Positions 1-9,601 of a DNA stretch of 64,000 nt are shown piece by piece (position 1 is the stretch's first letter; each line of letters begins with the position of its first letter). A program made the position numbers and the translations under genes. Origin of the DNA: a virus; the IMG/VR virus record IMGVR_UViG_3300027749_000047, positions 1 to 64,000 of that record; one strand, written 5' to 3'. The notes under the pieces are model-generated. The model was given only the letters and a program-made list of their open reading frames with translations. It was not told where the DNA came from and did not search any database.

Positions 1-1
1 C

Positions 2-694
2 GGTACTGGCGCTAACGCTGTTGACTTTGCTTGGACTAAACTTCCACGCGGTCAAAAAGGTTACTTTGTAATCTCGCGTTTCAATGATCCAGGCAGTATT
101 ACTCAGGGTACTAACCAGTCACCTGCAGCAGGTAACATTGTTGAAATTTGGCCTGTAGTTGTAACTGCTCGTACTGCGGGTCCTGTTACATCTAACACTG
201 TTCAGACTTTCACAATCACTGGTGCTGTTCCACAGGAACCAGCTGAAGGTGCAAACGTTATTGCTAGTGCTAGTGCTGTTCCATCTGCTGTTGTTAACCT
301 TGTGGCTACTCGCTTGACTCAGACTGCATCTGCTTCTGTGGCTTCGATTAACCTTGACTGGGATACACCTGCTTACACCGGTACTCTAACTGGTGGTGCT
401 ACTGAAGCTGCTACACCTTACATTGTGCAGGTTTCAACTTCAGCGACTGGTACGTTTACAACGATTACTCAGTTGACTGCGACTTCAATCGCTTCTGCAA
501 CTGGTTCATCATATGCTGATTCAAACTTCCAAGCTTTGAACACTACACCAACTACTCCAGTAACTAGCGCTAACATTGCTATCACGACTTCACAGGGTAC
601 TTCAAAGACCTTGTACTTCCGTGTAGCAGCGCGTAACGCTAACGGTCCTGGTACTTACAGCAACGTCGTTTCTGTAGCAGCCGTTCACGGTTAA
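2..694 (+). CDS. Major tail (tube) protein, 5'-truncated, with C-terminal FN3/Ig-like extension
   Basis: Frame is open from base 2 (GTGANAVDFAWTKLPRGQKGYFVISRF...) straight into track ORF 302..694; IWPVVVTART is tube-like; C-terminal LYFRVAARNANGPGTYS is FN3-like; lies directly before the chaperone and tape measure genes. Confidence 0.85.
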   Translation, partial: GTGANAVDFAWTKLPRGQKGYFVISRFNDPGSITQGTNQSPAAGNIVEIWPVVVTARTAGPVTSNTVQTFTITGAVPQEPAEGANVIASASAVPSAVVNLVATRLTQTASASVASINLDWDTPAYTGTLTGGATEAATPYIVQVSTSATGTFTTITQLTATSIASATGSSYADSNFQALNTTPTTPVTSANIAITTSQGTSKTLYFRVAARNANGPGTYSNVVSVAAVHG

Positions 695-702
695 ACTAAT
701 TT

Positions 703-748
703 AGTATAGGCGGAGGAGTTTTCCTCTCTTTTCTCCTTCGCCTATACT
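703..748 (+). terminator. Stem-loop after tail tube gene (terminator-like)
   Basis: AGTATAGGCGGAGGAG (703-718) pairs with CTCCTTCGCCTATACT (733-748) with one G-U pair; followed by TTTAT. Confidence 0.65.
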
Positions 749-817
749 TTATACATGTCCGCATCTACACCTCGTAATAAGCGAAAGCTTAAACAGACCG
801 AACGAAGGAAATATATC

Positions 818-1204
818 ATGGCTCGTAAAATTGCTACTCTTGAAGATCTACTCAAGAAACCTGCTCGTACTAAAGAAATTGTTATTAACGTGCCTTCTGG
901 CAAGTCGTCTACTACTGATTTTGTGGTAACTATTAAGGCGATTGGCTCTAGGGCTTATGACGATTTGTTATCTGCTCATCCACCAACTAATGAACAAAAG
1001 AAAGAAGGTACGTCGTATAACGTTGAAACGTTTGCGCCGGCTCTAATTTCTGCTTGTTCTGTTACTCCGCAGTTGAATGAAGAACAAGCTAATCAAATTT
1101 GGACTTCTAACGAGTGGTCTCGTGGTGAGTTGACTGAATTGTTTATTGGGTGTGTTGAGGTTAATTCTAAAGGCCTCGATGTCCCTTTCAACGAAGTCGG
1201 CTGA
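818..1204 (+). CDS. Tail assembly chaperone (gpG-like)
   Basis: Between tube and tape measure genes; ATG at 818 preferred over the track start at 755; ends just after a slippery site. Confidence 0.85.
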   Translation: MARKIATLEDLLKKPARTKEIVINVPSGKSSTTDFVVTIKAIGSRAYDDLLSAHPPTNEQKKEGTSYNVETFAPALISACSVTPQLNEEQANQIWTSNEWSRGELTELFIGCVEVNSKGLDVPFNEVG

Positions 1205-1220
1205 GGTACGACCCGACTTT
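1183..1220 (+). other. Programmed -1 frameshift signal
   Basis: X XXY YYZ heptamer C CCT TTC at 1183-1189 in the correct frame; hairpin GAAGTCGG (1193-1200)/CCGACTTT (1213-1220). Confidence 0.85.
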
Positions 1221-1545
1221 CTATATGGAAGTCGCATGGTGCTCAGACCATGGGCTTCCTCATTCTACGCTTCTTGATTGGAATGAGGATGACCGCGCTA
1301 AACTCGCAGCGTATTTGTTGGAGTCTGGTGAGAAGTGTCAAATGTGTGGAACTGCTGGCTGGGAGTGGGAAGAAGATAGGCATGCTTATGAACCTATCAC
1401 TCACCAATGTTGGGGTTGTTACATAAAGGATCGTGCTACGGACGAGAATGAGCGCTTGCCAGGCTCTACAATTACATTAGTACCTTCTTATGTTGCGGAT
1501 GCTACTCGTAATAAAGAGGTAAAGAGGCCTGAGCGAAAGGATTAA
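1183..1545 (+). CDS. Tail assembly chaperone -1 frameshift extension (gpGT-like)
   Basis: -1 frame is open from the slippery site (…RSRLRYDPTFYMEVAW…) into track ORF 1225..1545, which has CxxC motifs. Confidence 0.85.
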   Translation, partial: PFQRSRLRYDPTFYMEVAWCSDHGLPHSTLLDWNEDDRAKLAAYLLESGEKCQMCGTAGWEWEEDRHAYEPITHQCWGCYIKDRATDENERLPGSTITLVPSYVADATRNKEVKRPERKD

Positions 1546-1547
1546 CT

Positions 1548-4500
1548 GTGTTTAATGAAGATGTAACAGTTGATTTTAATGCCAATGTAGGCCCTTACAC
1601 GTCTTCTCTTGGTCAAGCTTTGGCTATGACTAATCAGTTTAGTGCTGCTAACGATATTGGCATTGCTAAACTTGGTAATCTTAATAAGATTTCGTTGGCT
1701 CTTGTTCAGTCAACGGCTATGTTTACTGGCGCTAATAAAATTGCTGTTCAGCAGGCTGCAGCGTATGAGCAAAAACTTTCTGGCATTAATACTATGGCTA
1801 AGATTGCCGGTAAGCAGTTTGATGATCTTGGCAAAGTAACTATGAAGTTTGCTCGCCAATTTCCTATTGGTATGGATAAAGCCATTGAAACTACTAAGGC
1901 TTTAGCAACTTCTGGTGTTGTGACCACTAAACAGGTTCAAAAACTCGGTACTGAGTTTATTAAACTTCAAGCTGCTTCGGGCGAGTGGGGTTCTGGCATG
2001 ACCCAGGACATGCTTCAGGTGACTCGTTCGTTTGGTAATTCTACTAATATGATTAAAGGTTTTAGTGATTCTTTAGTCACTGTTACTACTAAATATGGCG
2101 CTTCGGCTTCTTCTGTTTTGGCTTTTTCTAAAGCTATTGCACCTATTGCTTCTGTTGTAGGCATTGGTCAGGCTTCTGTGTTTGGTTTGTCTACGGCTAT
2201 GTCTCGCCTTGGCGAAGATGGTTATCGTTCTGCTAACGCATTTAACAAGGTCCTTTTGGATATGAACCGGTCTATTCGTACTGGTTCACCTGAAATTCGT
2301 GAGTATGCCAAAGTCTTAAACATGTCTTCAGATTCTTTAGGCAATTTGTTTAAGAGCGATCCTACTGAAATGATTTTGCGCTTTACTAGTGCTATTAATA
2401 AACAAGGCGCTCAGGCTGTCACTACGCTTGATAATTTGGGTCTTGATGGTGTTAATACTTTTAAGTCTTTGCAGGCTTTGTCTAAGACTGGTGATTTGCG
2501 TCAAATTGTTGGTGATGCTACTAGTGCTTATAATAATGGTTCTGCTAATGCTGGTGCACAGACTGCTTTGGGTGGCGTTAATGACCAGTTAACTAAAATG
2601 CAAGAAACTATGTCGCAGACTACTGCTGAGGCAGGTAAACCTTTCTTGTCATTTTTGGGTAGCGTTTTGGGTGTTTCTAATGGAATTGCTAGTGGCGTAC
2701 ACGGGCTTGTTTCAGCTCTTGCAGGCCTTGGACCTTTACTTCCTGTGTTGTCTACTTTATGGACTATTTTAAAAGGTATTGCTGTTATTCAATTGGGCCG
2801 TCTTGGTCTTAATATGTTTAAGAATTCTAATTTTGGACAACAATTTTTTGCTGGTCGAGCACAGGCTTTAAACGGTGAGGCTTTTGGACCTAATGCTTTA
2901 ACTACTGCTGGTGCGCGTGTGGGTCAGGGTTTTGGCACTATGTTTGGTGGTAAAGATGAGACTGGCGAACGTGTTAGCCGAATGAGTCGTTTAATGGGCA
3001 GCACTAAGTGGTTATCACAAGCGTATGTTAATGCTAACGCTAATCTTTACAATGCTGATCCTAGTAATTCACGTATGCGTACTGATGCGGGTATGGCTCG
3101 CGCTAATAACAAACTTCATTTACAAAACAATCTTCCATTGATGTCTGCTGCTGAACAGGAAGCACATTATGGTAAAGATGCTAACAATGTGATTCGCCCA
3201 GCCACTTTATCAACCATGCCAGCCGGCGGAGTTCCTGGCGGTCAATACGGTTGGCGTGAAATTTCTGCTGCCAACAAAATGATGTATCAAGATATTAAAG
3301 CTACTTCTGGAAGTTTGGGTGCGTTTCGTGCTGCTGCTGGATATACTGCTAAAGGTGTTGCTGAGTTAGGTAAGGCTACGTTTAAGAATGCTGGTGCTTA
3401 CTTGCGCCAAGGATCTATTACTGGGCTTGATGAGGCAGGCGGTACTATTCGCGGTGGTGCTCGTTTTGGCGCTTTAGGCAGCATGCTTTCGGGCATGGGT
3501 CCAATGCTTGGGATTATGGCCACTATGGCCGCTATTGGTTTCGTTAAAAATGCGCAAAAAATTAGCGCAGAGCGTATGGCTGGTACTGGTTTTGGCGATG
3601 CTTATTCTGTTTATAATAATTTTGCAACTAAAGCAAATTTGCCTACTCAAAACGGTACTCTTTCTACTGGTATTGATAGTACGATGGACTGGGCAACTTA
3701 TTACGCTAAGTCTGCAAAAACTGTTAGGCAAGCAATTACTTTAGGCCAAGACGTTAATTTAAACGCACTACGACCAAATTACAAAACTTCTGCAGACATC
3801 AATATTGATGGTGATAATAAAAATCCAAATGATTTAGCGGCTTATGTACGCTTAATGGCTGGACCTAGAGCAAACCCTGAAGTTATTAGTCGTTTAATGC
3901 AAGATTTAACTGCTAAAACTAAAGACACTAATTTAACTGCTCAAGTTGGCATAAAAGCTTTTGCTCCGTCGCAAGTTAATAATTCAACTTCTGGATTGTA
4001 TCAAAGTGCTTTTCAGGCTGCTGGCGATTCAATGGGGCATACTGACGAAGCAACTTGGCGACAATCTGCGTATGGTGGAACAATTGGTCAGTTAATTAGG
4101 CAAGAAGCTACTACAAATATTAACAATACTCTTTTAAAATTTGGTTCCGGTACTCAAAAAATGGCTACCTTGCAGCAGGCTGCACAAGTTTTGCGCGGTG
4201 CTAGAGAATATGGTGTAAAAAATGGTGGCCTTGGCAATAATGGTTACGTTGTTACGCAAGGTATGGAAGCACTAAAAATTGTTAGCGAATTGCTTGGAGT
4301 AAAATATAACACAAGCAATGTAACCAATGCATTAGGTATGCAGCGAACTCTTAATAATGCGCAAGGTAACGACCCACTAAAGTTCTTTTTTCAATATTCT
4401 CAAGGTGGTTTAGAAGGCGTAAAAAACAACGAATTTTATAAATATTACAAAACTTTGATCGCTAAAGGCGGTGGAGATTTTGAAAATCCTGTTTATAAAA

Positions 4501-7349
4501 AAGGTAAGCGTATAGTTTCGCCTGAAGAAAAGTATTCTAAAAAAGCCAATCAAGATATTGGTTCTGGCTTATTTGCTGCTGAGGATTACGCATGGTCAAA
4601 AAGTATGACTATTTTAGATATTTTTAGTAATCCAACAATGTTTAATGCCATTAAAGATAAAGTTGTAAAACTTGCTATTAATGCTTCTATTGCGCAAAAT
4701 GATGTTAGTGCGCAAAATGCTTTTTCTCAAGCTATTTCTACTACTGCTTTAAATAGCACAAAAAGTGGCATGGCTGCTGTTACTGAACTGTTACAGCAAT
4801 TAAAAAATCCTAATCTTGCAGCAAGTAGTGCACAGGCCTCAGCTATTCTTAACGCCTACAATATGACTGCTTCTGTTCGTTCTGTTGAGCAAGCTGGTCA
4901 GAGCGGTCTTTCAAATATTAACCAAAATATTAAAACAGGTGTTACCGCTGCTAACACTGTATTGCCTACTGGTGCTACACAAGAACAGCAAAGTGTTTTG
5001 GGGCAAGAAAGAGCAACTGGTCAGCAGGCTGTTTCTCAAATGATGTCTTTTGCTAAGCAAATTGCTAATTTGAATCATGAGATGGCTAAGGGTGCTGAGG
5101 ACATGGCTATCAATGTTACTCGTACTCAATTTAAGTTTAATCAAAGTATTTTGCGTGGTACTCAAGATTTTGCTAAAAGTTTTTATAATGTTTATGAGCG
5201 TGTTGGTGGTCAGCGTGTTGCTTCGACCGGTGCTTTGATTACTAATCTTAAAGAGCAAAGTACTCTTTTGAATCGTCAAATGAAAAATGTTACTAAGTTG
5301 AAAAAACTTGGTTTGTCTGATGATGCTATTCGTACTATGGATTTGATGAATCCTGCTAATGCTCAGCAAACGGATCAGCTTGTTAATGATATGACACGTA
5401 ATGTGTCTTTAATTAATCAAGCTAATAAAGAAGTCGCTAATCGTATGGATTTATCCGGTCAGCATGAGACTAGCCCAAATAATACGGCTTATAAACGCGC
5501 TAAAGAAGACTTTGATTTGCAAATGAAATATATGAGCGAGGATTTTGAAAAAGCGGCTAAGCGTGCTTATAACGATTTGTTTAATTTTGGGGAAAACATT
5601 TCGGTTGCTGGCAGTGGTGTAACAAACAAATTGGCTAAGGCACTTTCTGGCATGCCTGATGTTGCTGGTAAAGCCGCTAAAGCTGCTGGTCAAGCTATTT
5701 TAGACGGTTTACAAACATCACTTAAAGGTTTAACTGGCAATGAGCAATTCAGTTTAGTTAATGGGTTTTTATCTGCTCCTAGAAAAGCACCAAATACTCC
5801 AACTGCTCCTGGTTCTGGTGGAAGCGGTTCTGCTGGTTTAACTGGTGGTAGTGGTGGCGGTGGCGGTGGTGGTGCAAGCGGTGTTATGGGTGCACCGGGT
5901 AAAATTACTAATCGTTTACCAAAAAATACTGGTGTAAGCGGTAATGGAACTGCTGGCGATTATAAAGGCCAGATGGTTATGGATAAAGATGGTGTTTATC
6001 AAGTAAGTAATCCTATGAATAACGGTAAATATCAAAAAATTGTTAAAGATAATGGCAAGACTAAGCGTGGAAAATTTCTTGATGCTGTATTTAGTGAAAT
6101 TGGCCAAGACTATCGCCTTGGTGGCGGTCATGATTTAGATGATATCGGCGGATTTGATTGTTCTGGTCTTGTGGAGTTTGCAGCAAAGCATGCTGGAATA
6201 AATGCAGGTACAGGAACTGCAGCAACTTTGTATAATCAATACACCAAACATATTATGCAAAAAGATGCTATTGCCGGGGATTTAGTGTTTTATAACAATA
6301 ACCGTAGTCAAGCGGGTATGGATCACGTTGGTATTTATATTGGGCACGGAATGATGATTGATGCTCCTGCTCCGTACAAAAAAGTTCGAGCCGAACCTGT
6401 TGTTTTTTCTGGTTCTGGTAAACCATTTTTTGGTCGCTTAAATGGTTTACCTGTTGATGATTCTGATCTTGTTAAAGCTGCTACTGGTGGACATATTAAG
6501 GGTCCTGGTTCTAAGACTTCTGATTCTATTCCTGCTCGTCTTTCTGATGGTGAGTATGTTATTAAAGCGGATACTGTCGATAAGTACGGTGTAGATTTTT
6601 TCCACAATCTTAATGAGCAAAAGTTTAAAGATGGTGGCTCTGTAGGAAACTGGTGGGATAATGACAATAATCCTATTGGCAAGAATAGTTTAAAGAAACT
6701 GATTGCTAGGGCTGGTTTTAAAGGTCATGAAGCAATGATGGCTTGGGCAATTGCAATGGCGGAGTCTCATGGGTATACAAATCTTTTAAACAATACGGAT
6801 AGCACTGGTGATTTGTCTTATGGTCTATGGCAAATTAATATGATTCATAATCTGGGTCCTGAGCGACGTAAGAAGTATCATTTGTCTTCTAACAATGATT
6901 TATATGATCCTTTTACAAATGCAAAAATTGCTTATGATATTTCTAAGGGTGGTAAGTATTGGGCTGATTGGGGTTCTTACACTTTAGATCACCATTATTT
7001 AGATTTTTTAAATTACAAAAATGGTAATCCTGATAAAGCAGAAAAGTATAAGGATTTGAGCAGTAATGTTCCAATTATGACTGCTGGTCCCGCGCCAAAA
7101 GCCCATAATTGGTGGGATGATTGGATTCCTCATTTTAGTCGAGGTGGTTATGTAGGAAATTCTGATGCTGTTAACTCTCGTATGTCTAGATTTGCCACAA
7201 ATACTACTAACACTACAAGTCATAGCTATGATCACTCGACTCAAATTCATGGTCAGATTACTGTTCAGGCTAATGACCCTAATGAGTTTATGCGTAAGAT
7301 TAATGCTCAGCAACGTCGTCAGCGTTTATTATCACCGGTAGGTAACTAA
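1548..7349 (+). CDS. Tape measure protein with NlpC/P60 peptidase and lytic transglycosylase-like domains
   Basis: 1933 aa, helical N-terminal TMP region; GFDCSGLV...DHVGIYIG (NlpC/P60); AIAMAESHG...SYGLWQIN (SLT/lysozyme-like); DSIPARLSDGEYV motif. Confidence 0.93.
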   Translation: MFNEDVTVDFNANVGPYTSSLGQALAMTNQFSAANDIGIAKLGNLNKISLALVQSTAMFTGANKIAVQQAAAYEQKLSGINTMAKIAGKQFDDLGKVTMKFARQFPIGMDKAIETTKALATSGVVTTKQVQKLGTEFIKLQAASGEWGSGMTQDMLQVTRSFGNSTNMIKGFSDSLVTVTTKYGASASSVLAFSKAIAPIASVVGIGQASVFGLSTAMSRLGEDGYRSANAFNKVLLDMNRSIRTGSPEIREYAKVLNMSSDSLGNLFKSDPTEMILRFTSAINKQGAQAVTTLDNLGLDGVNTFKSLQALSKTGDLRQIVGDATSAYNNGSANAGAQTALGGVNDQLTKMQETMSQTTAEAGKPFLSFLGSVLGVSNGIASGVHGLVSALAGLGPLLPVLSTLWTILKGIAVIQLGRLGLNMFKNSNFGQQFFAGRAQALNGEAFGPNALTTAGARVGQGFGTMFGGKDETGERVSRMSRLMGSTKWLSQAYVNANANLYNADPSNSRMRTDAGMARANNKLHLQNNLPLMSAAEQEAHYGKDANNVIRPATLSTMPAGGVPGGQYGWREISAANKMMYQDIKATSGSLGAFRAAAGYTAKGVAELGKATFKNAGAYLRQGSITGLDEAGGTIRGGARFGALGSMLSGMGPMLGIMATMAAIGFVKNAQKISAERMAGTGFGDAYSVYNNFATKANLPTQNGTLSTGIDSTMDWATYYAKSAKTVRQAITLGQDVNLNALRPNYKTSADINIDGDNKNPNDLAAYVRLMAGPRANPEVISRLMQDLTAKTKDTNLTAQVGIKAFAPSQVNNSTSGLYQSAFQAAGDSMGHTDEATWRQSAYGGTIGQLIRQEATTNINNTLLKFGSGTQKMATLQQAAQVLRGAREYGVKNGGLGNNGYVVTQGMEALKIVSELLGVKYNTSNVTNALGMQRTLNNAQGNDPLKFFFQYSQGGLEGVKNNEFYKYYKTLIAKGGGDFENPVYKKGKRIVSPEEKYSKKANQDIGSGLFAAEDYAWSKSMTILDIFSNPTMFNAIKDKVVKLAINASIAQNDVSAQNAFSQAISTTALNSTKSGMAAVTELLQQLKNPNLAASSAQASAILNAYNMTASVRSVEQAGQSGLSNINQNIKTGVTAANTVLPTGATQEQQSVLGQERATGQQAVSQMMSFAKQIANLNHEMAKGAEDMAINVTRTQFKFNQSILRGTQDFAKSFYNVYERVGGQRVASTGALITNLKEQSTLLNRQMKNVTKLKKLGLSDDAIRTMDLMNPANAQQTDQLVNDMTRNVSLINQANKEVANRMDLSGQHETSPNNTAYKRAKEDFDLQMKYMSEDFEKAAKRAYNDLFNFGENISVAGSGVTNKLAKALSGMPDVAGKAAKAAGQAILDGLQTSLKGLTGNEQFSLVNGFLSAPRKAPNTPTAPGSGGSGSAGLTGGSGGGGGGGASGVMGAPGKITNRLPKNTGVSGNGTAGDYKGQMVMDKDGVYQVSNPMNNGKYQKIVKDNGKTKRGKFLDAVFSEIGQDYRLGGGHDLDDIGGFDCSGLVEFAAKHAGINAGTGTAATLYNQYTKHIMQKDAIAGDLVFYNNNRSQAGMDHVGIYIGHGMMIDAPAPYKKVRAEPVVFSGSGKPFFGRLNGLPVDDSDLVKAATGGHIKGPGSKTSDSIPARLSDGEYVIKADTVDKYGVDFFHNLNEQKFKDGGSVGNWWDNDNNPIGKNSLKKLIARAGFKGHEAMMAWAIAMAESHGYTNLLNNTDSTGDLSYGLWQINMIHNLGPERRKKYHLSSNNDLYDPFTNAKIAYDISKGGKYWADWGSYTLDHHYLDFLNYKNGNPDKAEKYKDLSSNVPIMTAGPAPKAHNWWDDWIPHFSRGGYVGNSDAVNSRMSRFATNTTNTTSHSYDHSTQIHGQITVQANDPNEFMRKINAQQRRQRLLSPVGN

Positions 7350-7867
7350 TGTTTTCTAGACCCGATTTTGTTACAACGCCTTATAGTGGCAATAATACTG
7401 ATGTTAATGTTCGTATTTCGTTATCTAGCGACATGTATAACATCGATGGAACAACTAACTATAGTGGGCAATGGTTGCTAGTTAACGATGGGCAAACTTA
7501 TCGTATTGCTAAAGGTTCGTTTGAAAATTCTGCTGTGCAATTTAGGCGTGATGAGGTTACTAACTCTTTTCTTGAAGGTAAATACACTATTAATGCTCTT
7601 CGCGAGAATGTTACGGAAACTTTAGCGGTTTATGTTCGCGGTACTACGCATTATGAGATTATGTCTGCGGTTAAGTCTTTAACTGATGCTGTTTCTCAAA
7701 TTCGTTTTTATATGGAAATTAATCTTGGTAATGTTGTTAAAGGCTGGAATTGTTATGCTTCTGACTATACGGTAAATGTTACTCACGAGTTTTTGCACGC
7801 TAAACTAGCTTTAGTGACCGCACAAATTGTGCGTGATCCTGTGGAAACAATAACTGAGGAAATTTAA
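7349..7867 (+). CDS. Minor tail protein (distal tail protein position)
   Basis: Coupled to the TMP stop (TAATG); position-based call. Confidence 0.55.
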   Translation: MFSRPDFVTTPYSGNNTDVNVRISLSSDMYNIDGTTNYSGQWLLVNDGQTYRIAKGSFENSAVQFRRDEVTNSFLEGKYTINALRENVTETLAVYVRGTTHYEIMSAVKSLTDAVSQIRFYMEINLGNVVKGWNCYASDYTVNVTHEFLHAKLALVTAQIVRDPVETITEEI

Positions 7868-8280
7868 TGGGATATATTTCGTTATACGGTGACCAGTTAA
7901 TGTTGGCTTCGTTACTTACTCCTGATGCTTCTGTTAGTGTTGGTACTTTTTATGTAGCTTTGTTGACTGATTTGCCTGACAAAAATTTAACGGATGCATC
8001 ACAATTAAATGAACCTTTGGCGGCTTACAGTTATGTTCGCCAGTCTTACAATTCTGGTTATGATAACTGGTCTTCATCTGTTGGTGTATTTTATAACACT
8101 AAAGACATTGTTTGGCCTACTCCTACTGGCGATTGGGGTCGCGTAGTTGGTTGGGCTCTTTGTGACAGTTTAGCTGCAGGTAACATTATTGCTATTGGTG
8201 TTTTGTCACCAGAGTCTACTATTTCAGCGTATTCTAATGTGTACATCCCGTCTAATTCGCTTCGACTAAAGTTGGTTTGA
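7867..8280 (+). CDS. Minor tail protein, paralogue of 12498..12962
   Basis: FYVALLTD..P...Y.RQ...W..N...WP..GDWG.V..WAL.D pattern shared with 12498..12962. Confidence 0.65.
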   Translation: MGYISLYGDQLMLASLLTPDASVSVGTFYVALLTDLPDKNLTDASQLNEPLAAYSYVRQSYNSGYDNWSSSVGVFYNTKDIVWPTPTGDWGRVVGWALCDSLAAGNIIAIGVLSPESTISAYSNVYIPSNSLRLKLV

Positions 8281-8281
8281 T

Positions 8282-9601
8282 GTGGCTTATGTTGTTGCGG
8301 TTGCGTATTATGATTTTTCTTCAGCAAAACCTGCTGTAAAAAGTTCTTACGATTTTACTTTTGGCTCTTATCCTAATGCTGTTATTGGGCCTATTAATGT
8401 TGGCGATAATGTAACTATTCGGTCTGTTAATGATTCAAACAAATACATGTTTGGTTATGTTGATCATAGCGTTGGCACTACCAGCACTACTATTGTTTAC
8501 ACTATTCGTATCGATGGCTTATCGATAGATATCGCTAATGCAAGTTCAATTAGTGATACTTACTGGAGTATTGATACTACTTTTTCTGTCGATAGCGCTT
8601 TACCTTCTGATGAGTCTTTGTCTGTAACAAATGCTGACGCTTCAATTACGGTTCATCCTAAGATTTATTTTCAGCCTAATTTAATTATGCAAAAGTCTGC
8701 AAAATTTGAAACTGACCCTTATTTTATTGTTGCTGGTTATCCTATTGCGGCTAGTTCTTTTGGGGTAAACATTTACTCTACTGCTTCATTAAATGCTCCT
8801 ACTAAGTTAGTTAATGTTTTTAAGTATTCAGATGTTAATACACTTGCTAATGATCGTTGGATACCTATTCTGGCGCAGTTTGATAAAACTGTTACTAACA
8901 ATGTTACAAAGATTAAAAAATGGTTTCCGTGGAAATCTAACGGTTCGCAAGGAGCTTTGGTTGCTTCTGCTGACAATCCAACTTTGGTTAATGATGTACA
9001 GATAAATAATGGCACTGGTATACAAAACACTCAAACCAACGAGCACACAATTAAGTTTAGTAATGGGCAATATCTTGTAACTACTAGCCAGCCACTTGTT
9101 CCAGGTAGCAACAATAGTTCAACTTTTTTTACAATGATGTCTGTAGTGTTTTTACAGCCGCCTACTAAAAGTACTTGGTATACCGTTATGGGTGCTGGTG
9201 GCACTAAATACACATCTAAAGACCCTTTAATAAATGTAAAATATTACAAAAATAGTGTTTTAAGGCTTTGTTTGGGTAGAACTATTATTTCAGAAATTCG
9301 TATTGATGCTTCTAGATTTAATTCTTTTAAGCCTATTATTATTGCGGTTAGTGTTTCTGCTACTGATGGTGTTGCGCAATTTGCTGTGTTGGATTCGCAA
9401 TTGCATTATGAAAAAGTTTCTTTGCCTTACAAACATCCTTTTGATGCTAATTTTTATTTAGGTGGTGCGCCTGTTTCTGATTTAAATATAGGTGCAAACA
9501 TGTATGTTTTAGAGCATAATCAGTATTACGACCAATTATCTCAAGAGGATTTAAGTGACAGAATGTTGTTGCTTAATCGAATTTATGGAGTTACTTTATG
9601 A
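8282..9601 (+). CDS. Minor tail protein, possible C-terminal lectin (LamG-like) domain
   Basis: 439 aa, beta-rich, within tail operon; LamG call is by pattern only. Confidence 0.55.
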   Translation: MAYVVAVAYYDFSSAKPAVKSSYDFTFGSYPNAVIGPINVGDNVTIRSVNDSNKYMFGYVDHSVGTTSTTIVYTIRIDGLSIDIANASSISDTYWSIDTTFSVDSALPSDESLSVTNADASITVHPKIYFQPNLIMQKSAKFETDPYFIVAGYPIAASSFGVNIYSTASLNAPTKLVNVFKYSDVNTLANDRWIPILAQFDKTVTNNVTKIKKWFPWKSNGSQGALVASADNPTLVNDVQINNGTGIQNTQTNEHTIKFSNGQYLVTTSQPLVPGSNNSSTFFTMMSVVFLQPPTKSTWYTVMGAGGTKYTSKDPLINVKYYKNSVLRLCLGRTIISEIRIDASRFNSFKPIIIAVSVSATDGVAQFAVLDSQLHYEKVSLPYKHPFDANFYLGGAPVSDLNIGANMYVLEHNQYYDQLSQEDLSDRMLLLNRIYGVTL

